Assembly: GCF_001194135.2 (NCBI RefSeq)
Contig: NC_068993.1
Location: forward strand, 27,977,908 to 28,041,907
Reading direction: 5' to 3'
Length of the DNA stretch: 64,000 bases
Origin: Octopus bimaculoides
Lineage: Eukaryota
Shown here: one piece after another, positions 1 to 11,842 of the stretch
How the letters are laid out: the number at the start of each line of letters is the position of its first letter
How positions within the stretch are numbered: position 1 is the stretch's first letter
Notes under the pieces: model-generated
The model's input: only the letters and a program-made list of their open reading frames with translations
The model's database searches: none
Told to the model about the DNA's origin: nothing
Made by a program: the position numbers and the translations under genes

Positions 1-275
1 TCTTATTCTCTATATTTTTATGTTGAGCGCGTGTGTAAGAATGGCGTTCCAGGTAGAAGGGATGAAATATAAAAGTTGCTAGAAACAACAGCCAAATCTC
101 CCTTAAATCACACAAAGTAAACGGAATTTAAAAAATCTAATTACTGCACTGGAAAGTTCACATCGAGAAAATTCCATTGATGTAAAAATTTTTACGAAAA
201 AGTGGAAAATGTGGATTTCTATAAACTTTCAAAAAGACTTCACACAGACACACAACTTCAGATATATATATTAAG

Positions 276-309
<34 letters not shown>

Positions 310-559
310 GTATGTATGTGTGTGTGTGTGTGTTTAATAATTTTTTTAATTCTAAAAATTAATAATACAAGTTGATGGTTTATACTATTATTTGTATTAT
401 TTTTATAACATGCATTGTTTTGGTTTTTAAAAATTAATCAAGAACACACATATATATATAAGGCAATGCTTCATGAAAGCTATTCTGTCCTAATGCACAC
501 ACACTGTGTGTTTACATCTCATGTCTATGGAAGTTGCAGCATATGGGGAGTGTTACTAT

Positions 560-790
560 TGCCAGTTCTCCTTTAAACAAATTGTGGCAATTTGCTGTAC
601 TTGAGAAGACACACCAAGCTAAGTAAAATCATTGTCCTCTTATAAAGGGTTGTCCTTTATAGGTGCCACACAAAATGCACTCGTGCCAGTGCTGCAGAGA
701 TACAGCCAGATCAGTAGCACATTAAAAGCACCCAGCACACTGTAAAGTGGTTGGTGTTAGGAAGGGCATCCAGTTATGATGTAGTGTGTT
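560..790 (+). mobile_element. RTE LINE 3' end fragment
   Basis: gctgtacttgagaagacaca..agctaagt and agtggttggtgttaggaagggcatccag match the 3' ends of the longer RTE copies at 13270-14025 and 54851-56172. Confidence 0.6.
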
Positions 791-1254
791 CATAGAGCTT
801 TGTAGGAATATGGTTTACTAATACTAATTTTAATGTTTTCCTCTAGTCCAGACATTATTTCATGGAAACAAGCATTACCTCCTATATGCTAGAAATTGTA
901 ATGTTGTATACAACATTAGGGCACATCTATGTTTTAGTTCACAGTTGTGGTAGTCTAAACATCTCTTGAATGATGTAGTATTAGATTTTAAGATGGAATC
1001 CTTGAAAGATACTGTCATTGTGTAGTTTTAAATTTATTATATCATAATAGTTAACTTCATGTTAATGTTTGTTTTCTTTGTATTTCAGAAAATGCTTCCA
1101 TCTTGAATATGTAAATGCTAAGTTGGACTCTTAACTAAAGAAAGGCATTCTTTGAGAGTTTAACAAAATATTGAACTTACAATGTCCAATTTATATTTTC
1201 GAAAGCTACAACCAAATTATTATTATTAAAAGTTGTGTGTGAAAACATACCAAC

Positions 1255-2817
1255 ATGATGGGAGACAATACAGTTAATGCAGTAAAGACAAATTACCATT
1301 GTAAAATTTGTGGTAAAAAATTTTTTAACATTTCTCGTTATAATTTGCATAAACATTCTGGAGAAAAACCATATCACTGCAATGTATGTGGTAAAGCGTT
1401 CTTGTATAATAGTTACTTAAAGGCACATAAGCTTGCTCATACAGCAAACAAACCGTACAAATGTGATGTTTGTGGTAAATCTTTCAAAAGAGAGTGTGAA
1501 GTAAAGATGCATAAAATGATACACACAGGAGAGAAACCATTCTGCTGTGAGATTTGTGATAAAACTTACTCACGATGTGGTGCTTTGAAATACCATCTAC
1601 TAGTTCATTCAGGAGAGAGACCCTACCGCTGTGAAATTTGTGGTAAATCTTTCTCAAGTAAGGCTGTGTTAAAGCAACACAGGGTACTTCATACTGGAGA
1701 AAAATTACACAAATGTGATTTTTGTGACAAATCATTCTCAAGAAGAAATGACTTAACAAAGCATAAAATGATTCACACTGGACAGAAACCATTTCATTGT
1801 GAAATTTGTGGTAAAATGTTCTTCAATGATTGTTACTTAAAGAAACACAAAATGATTCACACTGGAGAAAGTCCATATCATTGTAACATCTGTGGTAAAA
1901 TATTTGCTTACAAAAGTATCTTAAAGGACCATCAACTTGTTCATACAGCAGAGAAACCATATACATGTGATGTGTGCAGCAAAGCTTTTAACAGACGTTC
2001 TACTCTAAAGAGGCATATAATGATTCACACAGGAGAGAAACCATTCTACTGTGAAATTTGTGGTAAAACTTACCCAATTAACAGTATATTAAAGCAACAT
2101 ATGTTGATTCACACTGGAGATAAAGTATATAAATGTGAAATTTGTAATACATCATTCCCTAGAAAAAGTGACTTAACTAAGCATAAAATGGTTCACACAG
2201 GAGTGAAACCTTACTACTGTAACTTTTGTGGTAAAAGCTTCTGGAATAATACTGACTTAATAAAGCATAAGTTGATTCACATTGCAGAATCTTGTGCTTC
2301 TAATCCACACCAGTGTAATATTTGTGATAAAGTATTTGCAAGAAGTCAAAATTTAAAGCGGCATAAAGCTGTTCATACTGGAGAGAAACCTTACATCTGT
2401 GAAACTTGTGGTAAATCTTTCTCATGCAATGATTACTTGAAGAACCATAAAGTGGTTCATAGTGGAGAGAAACCATTTAGCTGTGACATTTGTGGTAAAG
2501 CATTTTCATTAAAATCTAACAGAGATAGACATAAAAAGGTCCACACTGGAGAGAAACCATACCACTGTGAAGTTTGTAATAAAATTTTTGCAGAAAGTTC
2601 TACCTTGAAAAAACATAAGTTACTTCATTCAGGAGAGAGGCCCTATCAGTGTGAACTTTGTCCTAAAGCCTATTTATGTATTAGAGACTTAAAGAAACAT
2701 TATGCAATTCATACAAATAACGAAACACACAAATGTGAAATCTGTGATAAGACTTTTATGCATAAATGTAACTTAAATAAGCACTACATAATTCATGCAG
2801 GAAAGAAACCATCATAA
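1255..2817 (+). CDS. Poly-C2H2 zinc-finger protein ZNF-A (18 fingers, first one degenerate H-x-H)
   Basis: 520-aa ORF of tandem C-x2-C-x12-H-x3-H units with TGEKP-type linkers. Strong 3' splice acceptor (...gttttctttgtatttcag) ends at 1088. No effector domain visible. Confidence 0.95.
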   Translation: MMGDNTVNAVKTNYHCKICGKKFFNISRYNLHKHSGEKPYHCNVCGKAFLYNSYLKAHKLAHTANKPYKCDVCGKSFKRECEVKMHKMIHTGEKPFCCEICDKTYSRCGALKYHLLVHSGERPYRCEICGKSFSSKAVLKQHRVLHTGEKLHKCDFCDKSFSRRNDLTKHKMIHTGQKPFHCEICGKMFFNDCYLKKHKMIHTGESPYHCNICGKIFAYKSILKDHQLVHTAEKPYTCDVCSKAFNRRSTLKRHIMIHTGEKPFYCEICGKTYPINSILKQHMLIHTGDKVYKCEICNTSFPRKSDLTKHKMVHTGVKPYYCNFCGKSFWNNTDLIKHKLIHIAESCASNPHQCNICDKVFARSQNLKRHKAVHTGEKPYICETCGKSFSCNDYLKNHKVVHSGEKPFSCDICGKAFSLKSNRDRHKKVHTGEKPYHCEVCNKIFAESSTLKKHKLLHSGERPYQCELCPKAYLCIRDLKKHYAIHTNNETHKCEICDKTFMHKCNLNKHYIIHAGKKPS

Positions 2818-2989
2818 TCAGCCCTATTTTAACCTTTGTTTCCTATGCTGACTTGAGTGTTGTACAACATATTGACAATCATCTTATCTGTGAGACATAT
2901 ATGATGTTACCACTTCTTCCTATTTCTCCTCTATCAAACACATGGAATTTTCCATCCATTTCTCTTGTTTGTTTATGATTAAATGCCCA

Positions 2990-3510
2990 GACCAGTGCAT
3001 TGGCACATGGCACACATTGGCTGCTATCAAGTTTCTCTATTAGTTCAATTTGTGTTCAGTATTTCATGCCAGTTCACATACATCTAACATACCTCATTTC
3101 TATTCTGCAACTTTTATTCAGTATCTGTATTACACAACCAAACAGCATCATACTCTGTGCAATTATTTCATATAGTTTACCTTTTATATCCATGGCAAAA
3201 CCCCTTGTCATTAAAAAGGTCAATACCTCTTTGAACATATCCTACCTCTTTCATGTTCTAGCTAACCTGCTTTCTCTACACCTTTCCCCAATACTAATTA
3301 GACCACTTAGGTGGTATACACTATCATGCACATCTAATGAACCATTTAAGTGATTCATCATATCCTCACATACCTGTACAACTAACTATTCCAGTATGTC
3401 TAGCATTTTCCAGGTTATGGTTCTCTGCTAACCCACCTGAGGTTCCACTGCATCTTTTATGTACCTGCTATTTTTACACAGAGTACACAGTATTTCACGT
3501 ATATTTGGGT
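2990..3510 (-). mobile_element. Ancient RTE-like LINE relic downstream of ZNF-A, with a homologous copy at about 11950-12435 downstream of ZNF-B
   Basis: Collinear similarity between the two flanks (e.g. ctaattagacc, catcta..g.accattt, ctgcatcttttatgta). Weak resemblance to the antisense strand of the RTE copy at 18800-19050. Confidence 0.45.
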
Positions 3511-4269
3511 ATATAAGATACACTTTCGCACAAGACACACCTCTATTTTAGAAGAATCTTTTGTGGGTAAAGAACCAATTTAATATGTTCTGTCATGAAG
3601 GTAGAAAACGTGCCTCAACAAATTCTGTCTGAACCATGCAAGCATGGTGAAGTGGACATTAAATGATGATGATGACGACACACTAATTGAAAGATATTTT
3701 AAAGTAGTTTTGTAAGAGAAAATTTATGATTCTGTGCATGTAAATATGTGACAGTATACTGGAATAAAGTCTGAAACCATAAATTTATAAGAATATAAAT
3801 GCATTTAAGATAAATTGTACTATGGAAATACTCTATTTATATTGTATCTTCTTTCAGGTGAACTGTACAAGACATTCAGGCTAAATTTGGCAACTTTTTG
3901 TCTCCTTTCCTCAGGAACAGCTCGATGTATTGGTGAATAGTCAACAACATTGGAAAGTATAAAGATTAAAGCTGTTAAGAAAAAGCTGACACAGTGGATT
4001 GGAAGCCATTTTTATACTGGTAAAGAGTTACCTGTATCTTGATGATTTGCACCAGGTATCAAAATGCTCATATCATGACTGCTGCTCAATGATCTGTGAA
4101 CACCGAAGCATCTAAGACATGATGAGACAGTTGCAACAGAGACTACAAAGCTGCGGCCAGCAGAAGGGTCACAGCAGGCCTTCTGACTGTGTTCACATGC
4201 CAGAATTCATCCCCACATCTTTGAATAGGGCCTTAAGCTCAATTCAGGCAGCTACATGAAGCTGCTGGA

Positions 4270-4620
4270 GACTATGATCGATCCATGGTTTGAGAGGGTT
4301 GCTGCTGGAAAGCCATGTGTGGCAGCAGGATTCAGTTCTTTGCCATGCCTCTGAAAACAGTCAGAAGTGGTTGGAGAATTCTACAACTTCTTCAGCCCCA
4401 ATTTCCCCGATTGTAATCCCATGGATTACTTTGTGGGGGGATGCAGTTAAGAAAGACACCAACTGCTCTACCTGCAACACCAAGCCAAGATCAAGAAAGT
4501 GTTTGAAAATCTTCTCTAGGACACTGAGGAACACATGGACCAGGTTCTGGAGCTGTCTTGAGGCTGTGGTGGAAGCTGAGAGCAGCTACTTTGAGTAAAC
4601 TGTTATCTCCCCGCTGAAGA
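4270..4620 (+). mobile_element. Tc1/mariner-superfamily (maT-like) transposase remnant
   Basis: Frameshifted translation VWQQDSVLCHAS...SQKWL-ENFYNFFSPNF-PDCNPMDYFVG..AVKKDTN..CNTK resembles the second and third catalytic-Asp motifs (QQD-APxH and SPDxNPxDYxVWG). Confidence 0.7.
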
Positions 4621-5639
4621 GAGCACAACACTATATTAGAGGAAGGACATATCCTGGATATATTTGAAAGGCATAATGTAACTGAAACAAGTAACAATGA
4701 CCTGTGTTGGGGAGATGCTAGAGCTGTGAAATTTGTTATAAGGTGTTAGAAATAGAGGTAAACTGAATTATAAAGAATTATTTCACTGATGGGGGAGGGC
4801 TACGCCAGACTCCAGTCTGATTTAGTATGTTTCTACAGCTGGATGCCCTTCCTAACACCAACCATTTTACAGAGTGTGTTGGGTGTATACAAACACTGTT
4901 CCATAATCATTTCTAACAATTTATATCAAATATGTTTTATTATGCCAAAGAAAAAGTGATGAAGACAAGATCAACAAGGCTATTAGAGCTTTCAAATAGG
5001 AGTACAAGATCAATGATAGAGTAATAGAGTGCAGAATACACTGGGATAAGGTGAGAATGAATTTGTTGAGCACTTGGCATGTGATAGCAGAATAACAACA
5101 GTTAAAATGGATTAGCAACTATTTATAGGATCACAAAGCTGTTTTGTAGACAAAACAATAAACATTGTAAATGAATTGAAGAGGAAAGGGGCAACATGTA
5201 AGAGACTGATGATTCAGTTGAGACACTTCTACTGGATGAGTTAGAACTAGACTGCCTGTGATGCACTGGGTCACTGACAGTTCACGTTATAAAACATTGA
5301 AGCTGATTTCAACATTGCATTGAAATGAAAGTTAATTTCATGATGATTCAGTTAAATATTTCAATTCATTCAAGTCATTATAGGTCTGGTTTACAAGTTC
5401 ATGTTTAAGGTTTTATTGATTATTTACAGCATCTAATAGAAATAGAACTTCCAGGATAAATTTGAATTTCAGTAACAGCATTTATTTATGGTGTATGTGC
5501 ACACTTCTACAAAAATGCTTCTGTAAAAATGCAAACTCTCAGGAATCCGTGTTCCAATTTACGCAAAACTTGTTTTATTCCATTTGTATTCACTTTTCAG
5601 CTGTACCTTACTTTCAGAGTATTCTCCCATTATGCACCA

Positions 5640-5900
5640 GTTTGGCGATATTAAATTACAGACAACCACGCACACAAACAAAACTGGCCTAAGTACAGAT
5701 GTTAAAAATATTTCAGTTAGATTGTCTAAACTATCCGCCAATGTTGACACTTTTAATGAGAAGGCAGAATGCTTTAGTTAATGCAGGGTATAAAGATAAA
5801 GTTACCTACATTGATTCTGTTCAATCTTATTCTTCATCTACTATTCGAAACAAGAAATCTAGTTGTAATAAGAAGAGTGATTTTAATTCTAATATGGACA
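5640..5900 (+). mobile_element. Penelope-like retroelement remnant (RT C-terminal region)
   Basis: Broken translation KNISVRLSKLSANVDTFNEKAE...NALVNAGYKDKVTY resembles the Penelope-like segment ISxRLSxLSSNxxxF...ALxxxGY. Recognised from memory only. Confidence 0.5.
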
Positions 5901-8900
5901 ACACAAAACATGATAAACAACTGAAGCAAATTCAAAACAACTGTATTTTACAAATGAAACTTAACCTAATTAACCCATTATTTTGTTGTTTTTAGATTCA
6001 TTGCCCCCTTTTGGCTACCTCATTATCATCATCCCAATTTTCTTCAATGTACTCCCCCTGGATCTTTTTAACATCCACTTTGGGAACCACTGATTATGCT
6101 GGTCATTTGCTTGACACCCCAACTTGATTGACTATGAGTGGCTAATATGTCCTACTTCACTAGATACTTTCAGTGTCTTAGCAACTATCCTTAATTGTCC
6201 AGCTGCTTTCTGTGAATTCATATCCCAAACTGTGCTACCAATTGTAAATCTATTAACAGCTGGTGCCTATTTAATGCATTCTTGCCATTTAGCAACCTCT
6301 TGTAATATTTCCTTGCATCTTTCCGTTTTTGTGTAATTAAAGGCAAATGCACCATTATCTTCTTGATTTGTAATAGTAATACGATACAGGTGAAAAGTAT
6401 GACTAAAAGATTATATCATTCGGACCTTTTGAATTCTCAAGCTTGGCTGCAACTTGGAATGTTTCTAGAGCTTGGTGACTAAGAATGTGAATCTCTTCAG
6501 AAGACATCATGAGGTAAGCTCCGATTCTTAGTGACTGAATTTTATAAAACAGTAGCTCTATCATTTTGCTGGAAACAGTTAAATATCGTTGTTACTGATA
6601 CGAATGGAAAGGATTCTATACCCAAAGCAACGGAGCAATCTTGGTGAATATTGAAGTTTAATGGCATGTACTAGTGAATGAAATGTTTGTGATCATAATT
6701 TTGGGCTATTTTACGAAATAATTTCTCTGTAACTTCGACCGAAAGATAAACCTGAACATTTTTCTTATTTTATCACATAAAGTAATATAAAACATAAATG
6801 AAAAGTGGTGCCCGTCAATTCAGAAAGATCCGAAAAGAAAAATTGATGATCAGTTCCAAAGTAAATTTGCTACTGATTAATCACCGCTAACTCTTCAGTT
6901 GCCAGTGACCTCATTTTTCTGTCGATTAATCTCCGGTCTTCGCAAAAAAAAAAATGGTATTTTAAAAGATTTTCTCGAATCTTAATGGGAGAAAAATGCT
7001 TATTTAACAATCTATGTTATTCTACCTCTTAATTAAAAAAAAAAATTCAAAGTTAACAACAAAACTCGACCGCACAAAAGAAGCCGGCCTATGTTTACCA
7101 TAAAAGAACAAGAAACAAAAAACAGCATCGCTACCAGAGGAAAAAAAAATGATCTGCTGGCTAACAAATTAACAAACAAATAATCCCTGGACTTCATCAT
7201 TTAATATATCCCTCTTTGAAAGAGAAAAGGGTGTTATTTGAAGGAAATATGACGACTGTTTCTTGTAAGTCGAACGGTTATCTGCCACCAGGTTCAGGTG
7301 AAAGGTCAGATATTATTCCTTCTTGAATCCGTTGTTGACAGGAATCGTTATTACTTAGTTTAGCCATGTGCTGGCAATGATCGCTTACTTTTGTCTTCGT
7401 TACCGGTCAGCCAGGCCATGTAACACCTTCTCGTTTGAATCCAGTCGTTTATGTGTAAATAGTGAATGTATTGTTCTTATTGTTGTTTAGCTATTTTCAT
7501 CCTTGATCAAACAACATTCCAGCCCTGACTTTCTCATATTTTTTCTCAGGTATAGATTATCTAGCTATTTCGGGAAATACACGCTACCATCTTATTGCAA
7601 TTGCTATCTCTATTTCTAAGACAATAGGGGTAGATTTGGCTGTTATTTCTTGCACGTAGAAGTTCCCTCGATACTTAAATGATGTGTTGTTTAAAAAGAG
7701 AAAGAAATCGAGACCCGAAGAAGCAGTGTTGATGTAAGATATTTTTTGTCTTATTTATTTAGCATAGATAGTTGTTGTGTTTGTAGTTTACAGTTGTATT
7801 TTATTGTTATCTATGTTTCGGTAATGCGTTTTGTGAAGAGACATTTTAAACGTTATATGTGTTTACTAAAACAGTATTAAAGGATTGCCGTAAATGGTAA
7901 TCAAGAAATGTAAACACTCTTGAAATTATACTACAATACTGGAGGACCGGAGGTCTAGTTCGAATGCTTATAACTCCGCTAAAACACTCAAGAACTACTA
8001 ACAATATGTTCTCATGTTTGTGCTCCCTCAATATAATGGACTGATTCGTAAGACTTAATTCATGGGTGTGAGGTACATCTATCTAAATGGATGTGTACAG
8101 CACTCGTGAAATAGAGAATGAATTATTCACCCACCAACTTATCAACAAATACTGTGTGGCCTATTATAAAGTCAGCTCGATTCTTGAAAGATGTCTGATG
8201 GCCAGAGGTTGACTATGATAAAAAAAAAATCTGTCCCTGGGAAAGAGTTATTGTATTAGTTTCTTTGCTCCATGCTACTGATGTTGCCCAAGGAAAAGGC
8301 AAGGATCGATTCAGTTTACATCAGTAGTGTCGCAGGCGAACTTAGAACGTAAATAACTAATCTAGATAGCTGTGTCTATGGACACAAATCAGAAATTTGG
8401 AGGCATTAGTCGATTAAGTCGACACCAGTTCTTGACTAGTAGTTTATTTCATCGGCGAATAAAGGATAAAAAGTAAAGTTGACGGTAGCTGGAAATAAAG
8501 AACCTGTACAAATAACGCAAGGCATATTTTGTCCAACTTGCAAATTCACCGCCTGAACGGGCACTTTATTTAGGTTAAAATCTAAGTAGACATCAGACAA
8601 AAACTGTTAACACCATGAAGATGTACATATAAACATGTTAAATAAATACGTTTGTGTCTGGAACTGGTGGAAAAAAAGTACTCAATATATTCCGTAAAGT
8701 TTATGCTTATAATCAAACAATAATTCGGTAACTGCATGACTTTACAACTTCACTCACTTGTAAAGTACATTTATGATCTTTTAAATGCATTTCATTAACT
8801 ATTTTAATTATAAAAATTAACTAGCAGAAAGTCTCCAACGTCATTTAATGCAAAGGGTCACAATGCATTTCTGCCAGTTTTGTCTATTTTGTTACTGTTT

Positions 8901-9980
8901 CAGCTTTTGCCCATTTTTAATGTCCAATCTGCATTGTCTTCAGTCAAGTGAGCCTAAGTTTTTCTCTCATTCTGGTCCTTTGACAGTCCGTTCTGCTACT
9001 TGGCATATTACTCAACCTTCAGATACATCATTTACTTCTCATTTCTTCATCTGTGTATGTCACTTTCGTTGTTTTGACCCACTTTATTTCCTACAAAATC
9101 ATACCATTTGATCTCCAAGATTCTTTGTAATGCCTTATTCTAAAAAAACTCTATTAGCAATAGTTTGATTGTTATGTCATGATTCCTTTCATATATTAAA
9201 ACTCTTCTTGCTTGTGACTTTCACAGTTAAATTTTCGTATGACTCACTACTGTTAGTTTTGCCTTCTTAAATTACTTAACATTATAGTATGTTAAACTTA
9301 AAATAAGATAATACCATAAATTATTAAGCTACTTATCTCTAACTTTGGAATTCTTGATGCCTAATATGACTATCAAGCTTGGATTCATCCTGCATCCACA
9401 AAATCTGTATCTTTACAATTTTCATACAATTAACACCATTAATTTTTAGTTTCATTTATCTGTGATAAATAACAGTTCAACTTCAAAGCTACTTGTCACT
9501 AGCTCTGAAATTCCCTGTGCCCATACAAACTTGCTTGTTTGTCTTCACATCTTCCTCAAGATTTGTATTTTTGCAGCTCTTACACATTTCCTTGTTTTAT
9601 CAGATAATGTTTTAGAATTTACATTGACTTTGAATTTCAAAGAAAAGCCAATGAATTTGTACTTAATCTTACACATGTTAAGAACTATTTTTTTTTTTGG
9701 CTGTACCATTAGCTTTTTAAACTATTATCCTGCTATAGATATTTAGTTTTATATTTCTGAAGTTATTATAGTTAACTCCATGTTAATGTCAGTCTTCTTA
9801 TATTTCAGGAATTGTTTGTATCATGAAAACTATTCCTAAATGAAGATGGACTCATTGAACTGTATTAACTAAAATATACACTGCAGAATTTATAGAAAAC
9901 TGAAAACTTACATTGTCTGTTGAAAGTACAGTCATATTGTAAGTATTAAAAGTTGCATTGTGTGAAAGCATCACAGTATA

Positions 9981-11537
9981 ATGGAAGACACTGTGGTTGA
10001 TGCAGAAGAGACAAAATACTACTGTGAGATTTGTAATGAAAAGTTCTCATACATTTCACATTTTGATTTACATAAGCAGTCTCATACTGAAGAGAAACTA
10101 TATCACTGCGATATATGTAGTAAAACATTTATATCTAATAATTATTTAAAGTCACATAAACTTGTTCATACTGTAGAGAAACCATACAAATGTGATGTTT
10201 GTGGTAAAACTTTCAAAAGAAGTCCTAACTTAAAGAAACATAAAGTTATCCACACAGGAGAGAAACCATTCCACTGTGAGATTTGTGATAAAACCTTCTC
10301 TCGAAATGGTGCTTTGAAATACCATCTACTAGTTCATTCAGGAGAGAGGCCCTTCCGCTGTGACATTTGTGGTAAATGCTTCTCAAGTAAAGGTGTATTA
10401 AAACAACATATAGTGCTTCATACAGGGGAAAAATTATACAAATGTGACTTTTGTGACAAAGCCTTCTCCAGAAGAAATGACTTAACAAAGCATAAAATGA
10501 TTCACACTGGACAGAAACCATTTCATTGTGAAATTTGTGGTAAAATGTTCTTCAATAATTGTTACTTGAAGAAGCACAAAATGATTCACACTGGAGAAAG
10601 TCCATATCATTGTAACATCTGTGGTAAAATATTTTCTTACAAAAGTATCTTAATGGACCATCAGCTTGTTCATACAACAGAGAAACCATATACATGTGAT
10701 GTGTGTAACAAAGCTTTTAACAGACGTTCTACTCTAAAGAGGCATATAATGATTCACACAGGAGAGAAACCATTCCACTGTGAAATTTGTGGTAAAACTT
10801 TTCCAATTAACAGTGGATTAAAGCAACATATGTTGGTTCATACTGGAGATAAAATATATGAATGTGAAATTTGTGATACATCATTCCCTAGAAAAAGCGA
10901 TTTAACTAAGCATAAAATGGCTCACACAGGAGTGAAGCCTTATTACTGTAACTTTTGTGGTAATACTTTCTGGGATAACACTGACTTAATAAAGCATAAG
11001 ATGCTCCATACACAAAAGTGTGATATTTGTGGTAAAGTATTTGCAAAAAGTCATAATTTAAAGAGGCATAAAGCCCTTCATACCGGAGAGAAACCTTACA
11101 TCTGTGAAACTTGTGGTAAATCTTTCTCATGCAGTGATTACTTGAAGAACCATAAAGTGGTTCATAGTGGAGAGAAACCATTTAGCTGTGACATTTGTGG
11201 TAAAGCATTTTCATTAAAATCTAACAAAGATAGACATAAAAAGGTCCACACTGGAGAGAAACAATACTACTGTGAAGTTTGTGATAAAACTTTTTCAGAA
11301 AGTTCTACCTTGAAAAAACATAAGTTACTTCATTCAGGAGAGAGGCCCTATCAATGTGAACTTTGTCCTAAATCCTATTTGTGTATTAAAGACTTAAAGA
11401 AACATTATATAATTCATACAAATGACAAAACACACAAATGTGAAGTCTGTGGTAAAGCTTTCTGGTATAAAGGTGACTTAAATAAGCATTTCATAATTCA
11501 TACAGGAAAGAAATCTTCATCAACCACACCATGTTAA
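9981..11537 (+). CDS. Poly-C2H2 zinc-finger protein ZNF-B (18 fingers), paralogue of ZNF-A
   Basis: 518-aa ORF whose fingers align one-to-one with ZNF-A (e.g. RRNDLTK, RRSTLKR, ESSTLKK). Acceptor ...gtcttcttatatttcag ends at 9808. Confidence 0.95.
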   Translation: MEDTVVDAEETKYYCEICNEKFSYISHFDLHKQSHTEEKLYHCDICSKTFISNNYLKSHKLVHTVEKPYKCDVCGKTFKRSPNLKKHKVIHTGEKPFHCEICDKTFSRNGALKYHLLVHSGERPFRCDICGKCFSSKGVLKQHIVLHTGEKLYKCDFCDKAFSRRNDLTKHKMIHTGQKPFHCEICGKMFFNNCYLKKHKMIHTGESPYHCNICGKIFSYKSILMDHQLVHTTEKPYTCDVCNKAFNRRSTLKRHIMIHTGEKPFHCEICGKTFPINSGLKQHMLVHTGDKIYECEICDTSFPRKSDLTKHKMAHTGVKPYYCNFCGNTFWDNTDLIKHKMLHTQKCDICGKVFAKSHNLKRHKALHTGEKPYICETCGKSFSCSDYLKNHKVVHSGEKPFSCDICGKAFSLKSNKDRHKKVHTGEKQYYCEVCDKTFSESSTLKKHKLLHSGERPYQCELCPKSYLCIKDLKKHYIIHTNDKTHKCEVCGKAFWYKGDLNKHFIIHTGKKSSSTTPC

Positions 11538-11632
11538 TTTTTGTCAATCTCATTGACATGGTTTTCTTACTGTACATTGACATTTCTGTTGATTCATTGC
11601 TATCTGGTCTGTGGGACCCACATTCTGATATT

Positions 11633-11842
11633 GGTTTCAAATTTTGGCACAAGGTCAGCAGTGTTAGGGAGAGGGCAAGCTGATTGCATCAACCCCAGCC
11701 CTCAAATGGTATTTGTTTTATCAACCCTGAAAGGATGAAAGGCAAAGTCAGCCTCAGTGGAATTTGAACTCCGAACATAAAAACAGACTGAAAGCCATTA
11801 AGTTTTTTGCCCCGCATGCTAACAATTCTGCCAGCTCACCAT
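11633..11842 (-). mobile_element. tRNA-derived SINE, family 3, in the ZNF-B 3' UTR with a 16-bp TSD
   Basis: Direct repeat cccacattctgatatt at 11617-11632 and 11843-11858. Body matches the 41286-41498 copy. Absent from the homologous ZNF-A 3' region. Confidence 0.85.

Noticed and set aside
6501-6513. 13-nt microexon-like segment ctcttcag|aagacatcatgag|gtaagc upstream of ZNF-B
   Set aside because: The polypyrimidine tract is weak and such AG...GT pairs arise by chance. It cannot be supported without RNA data.
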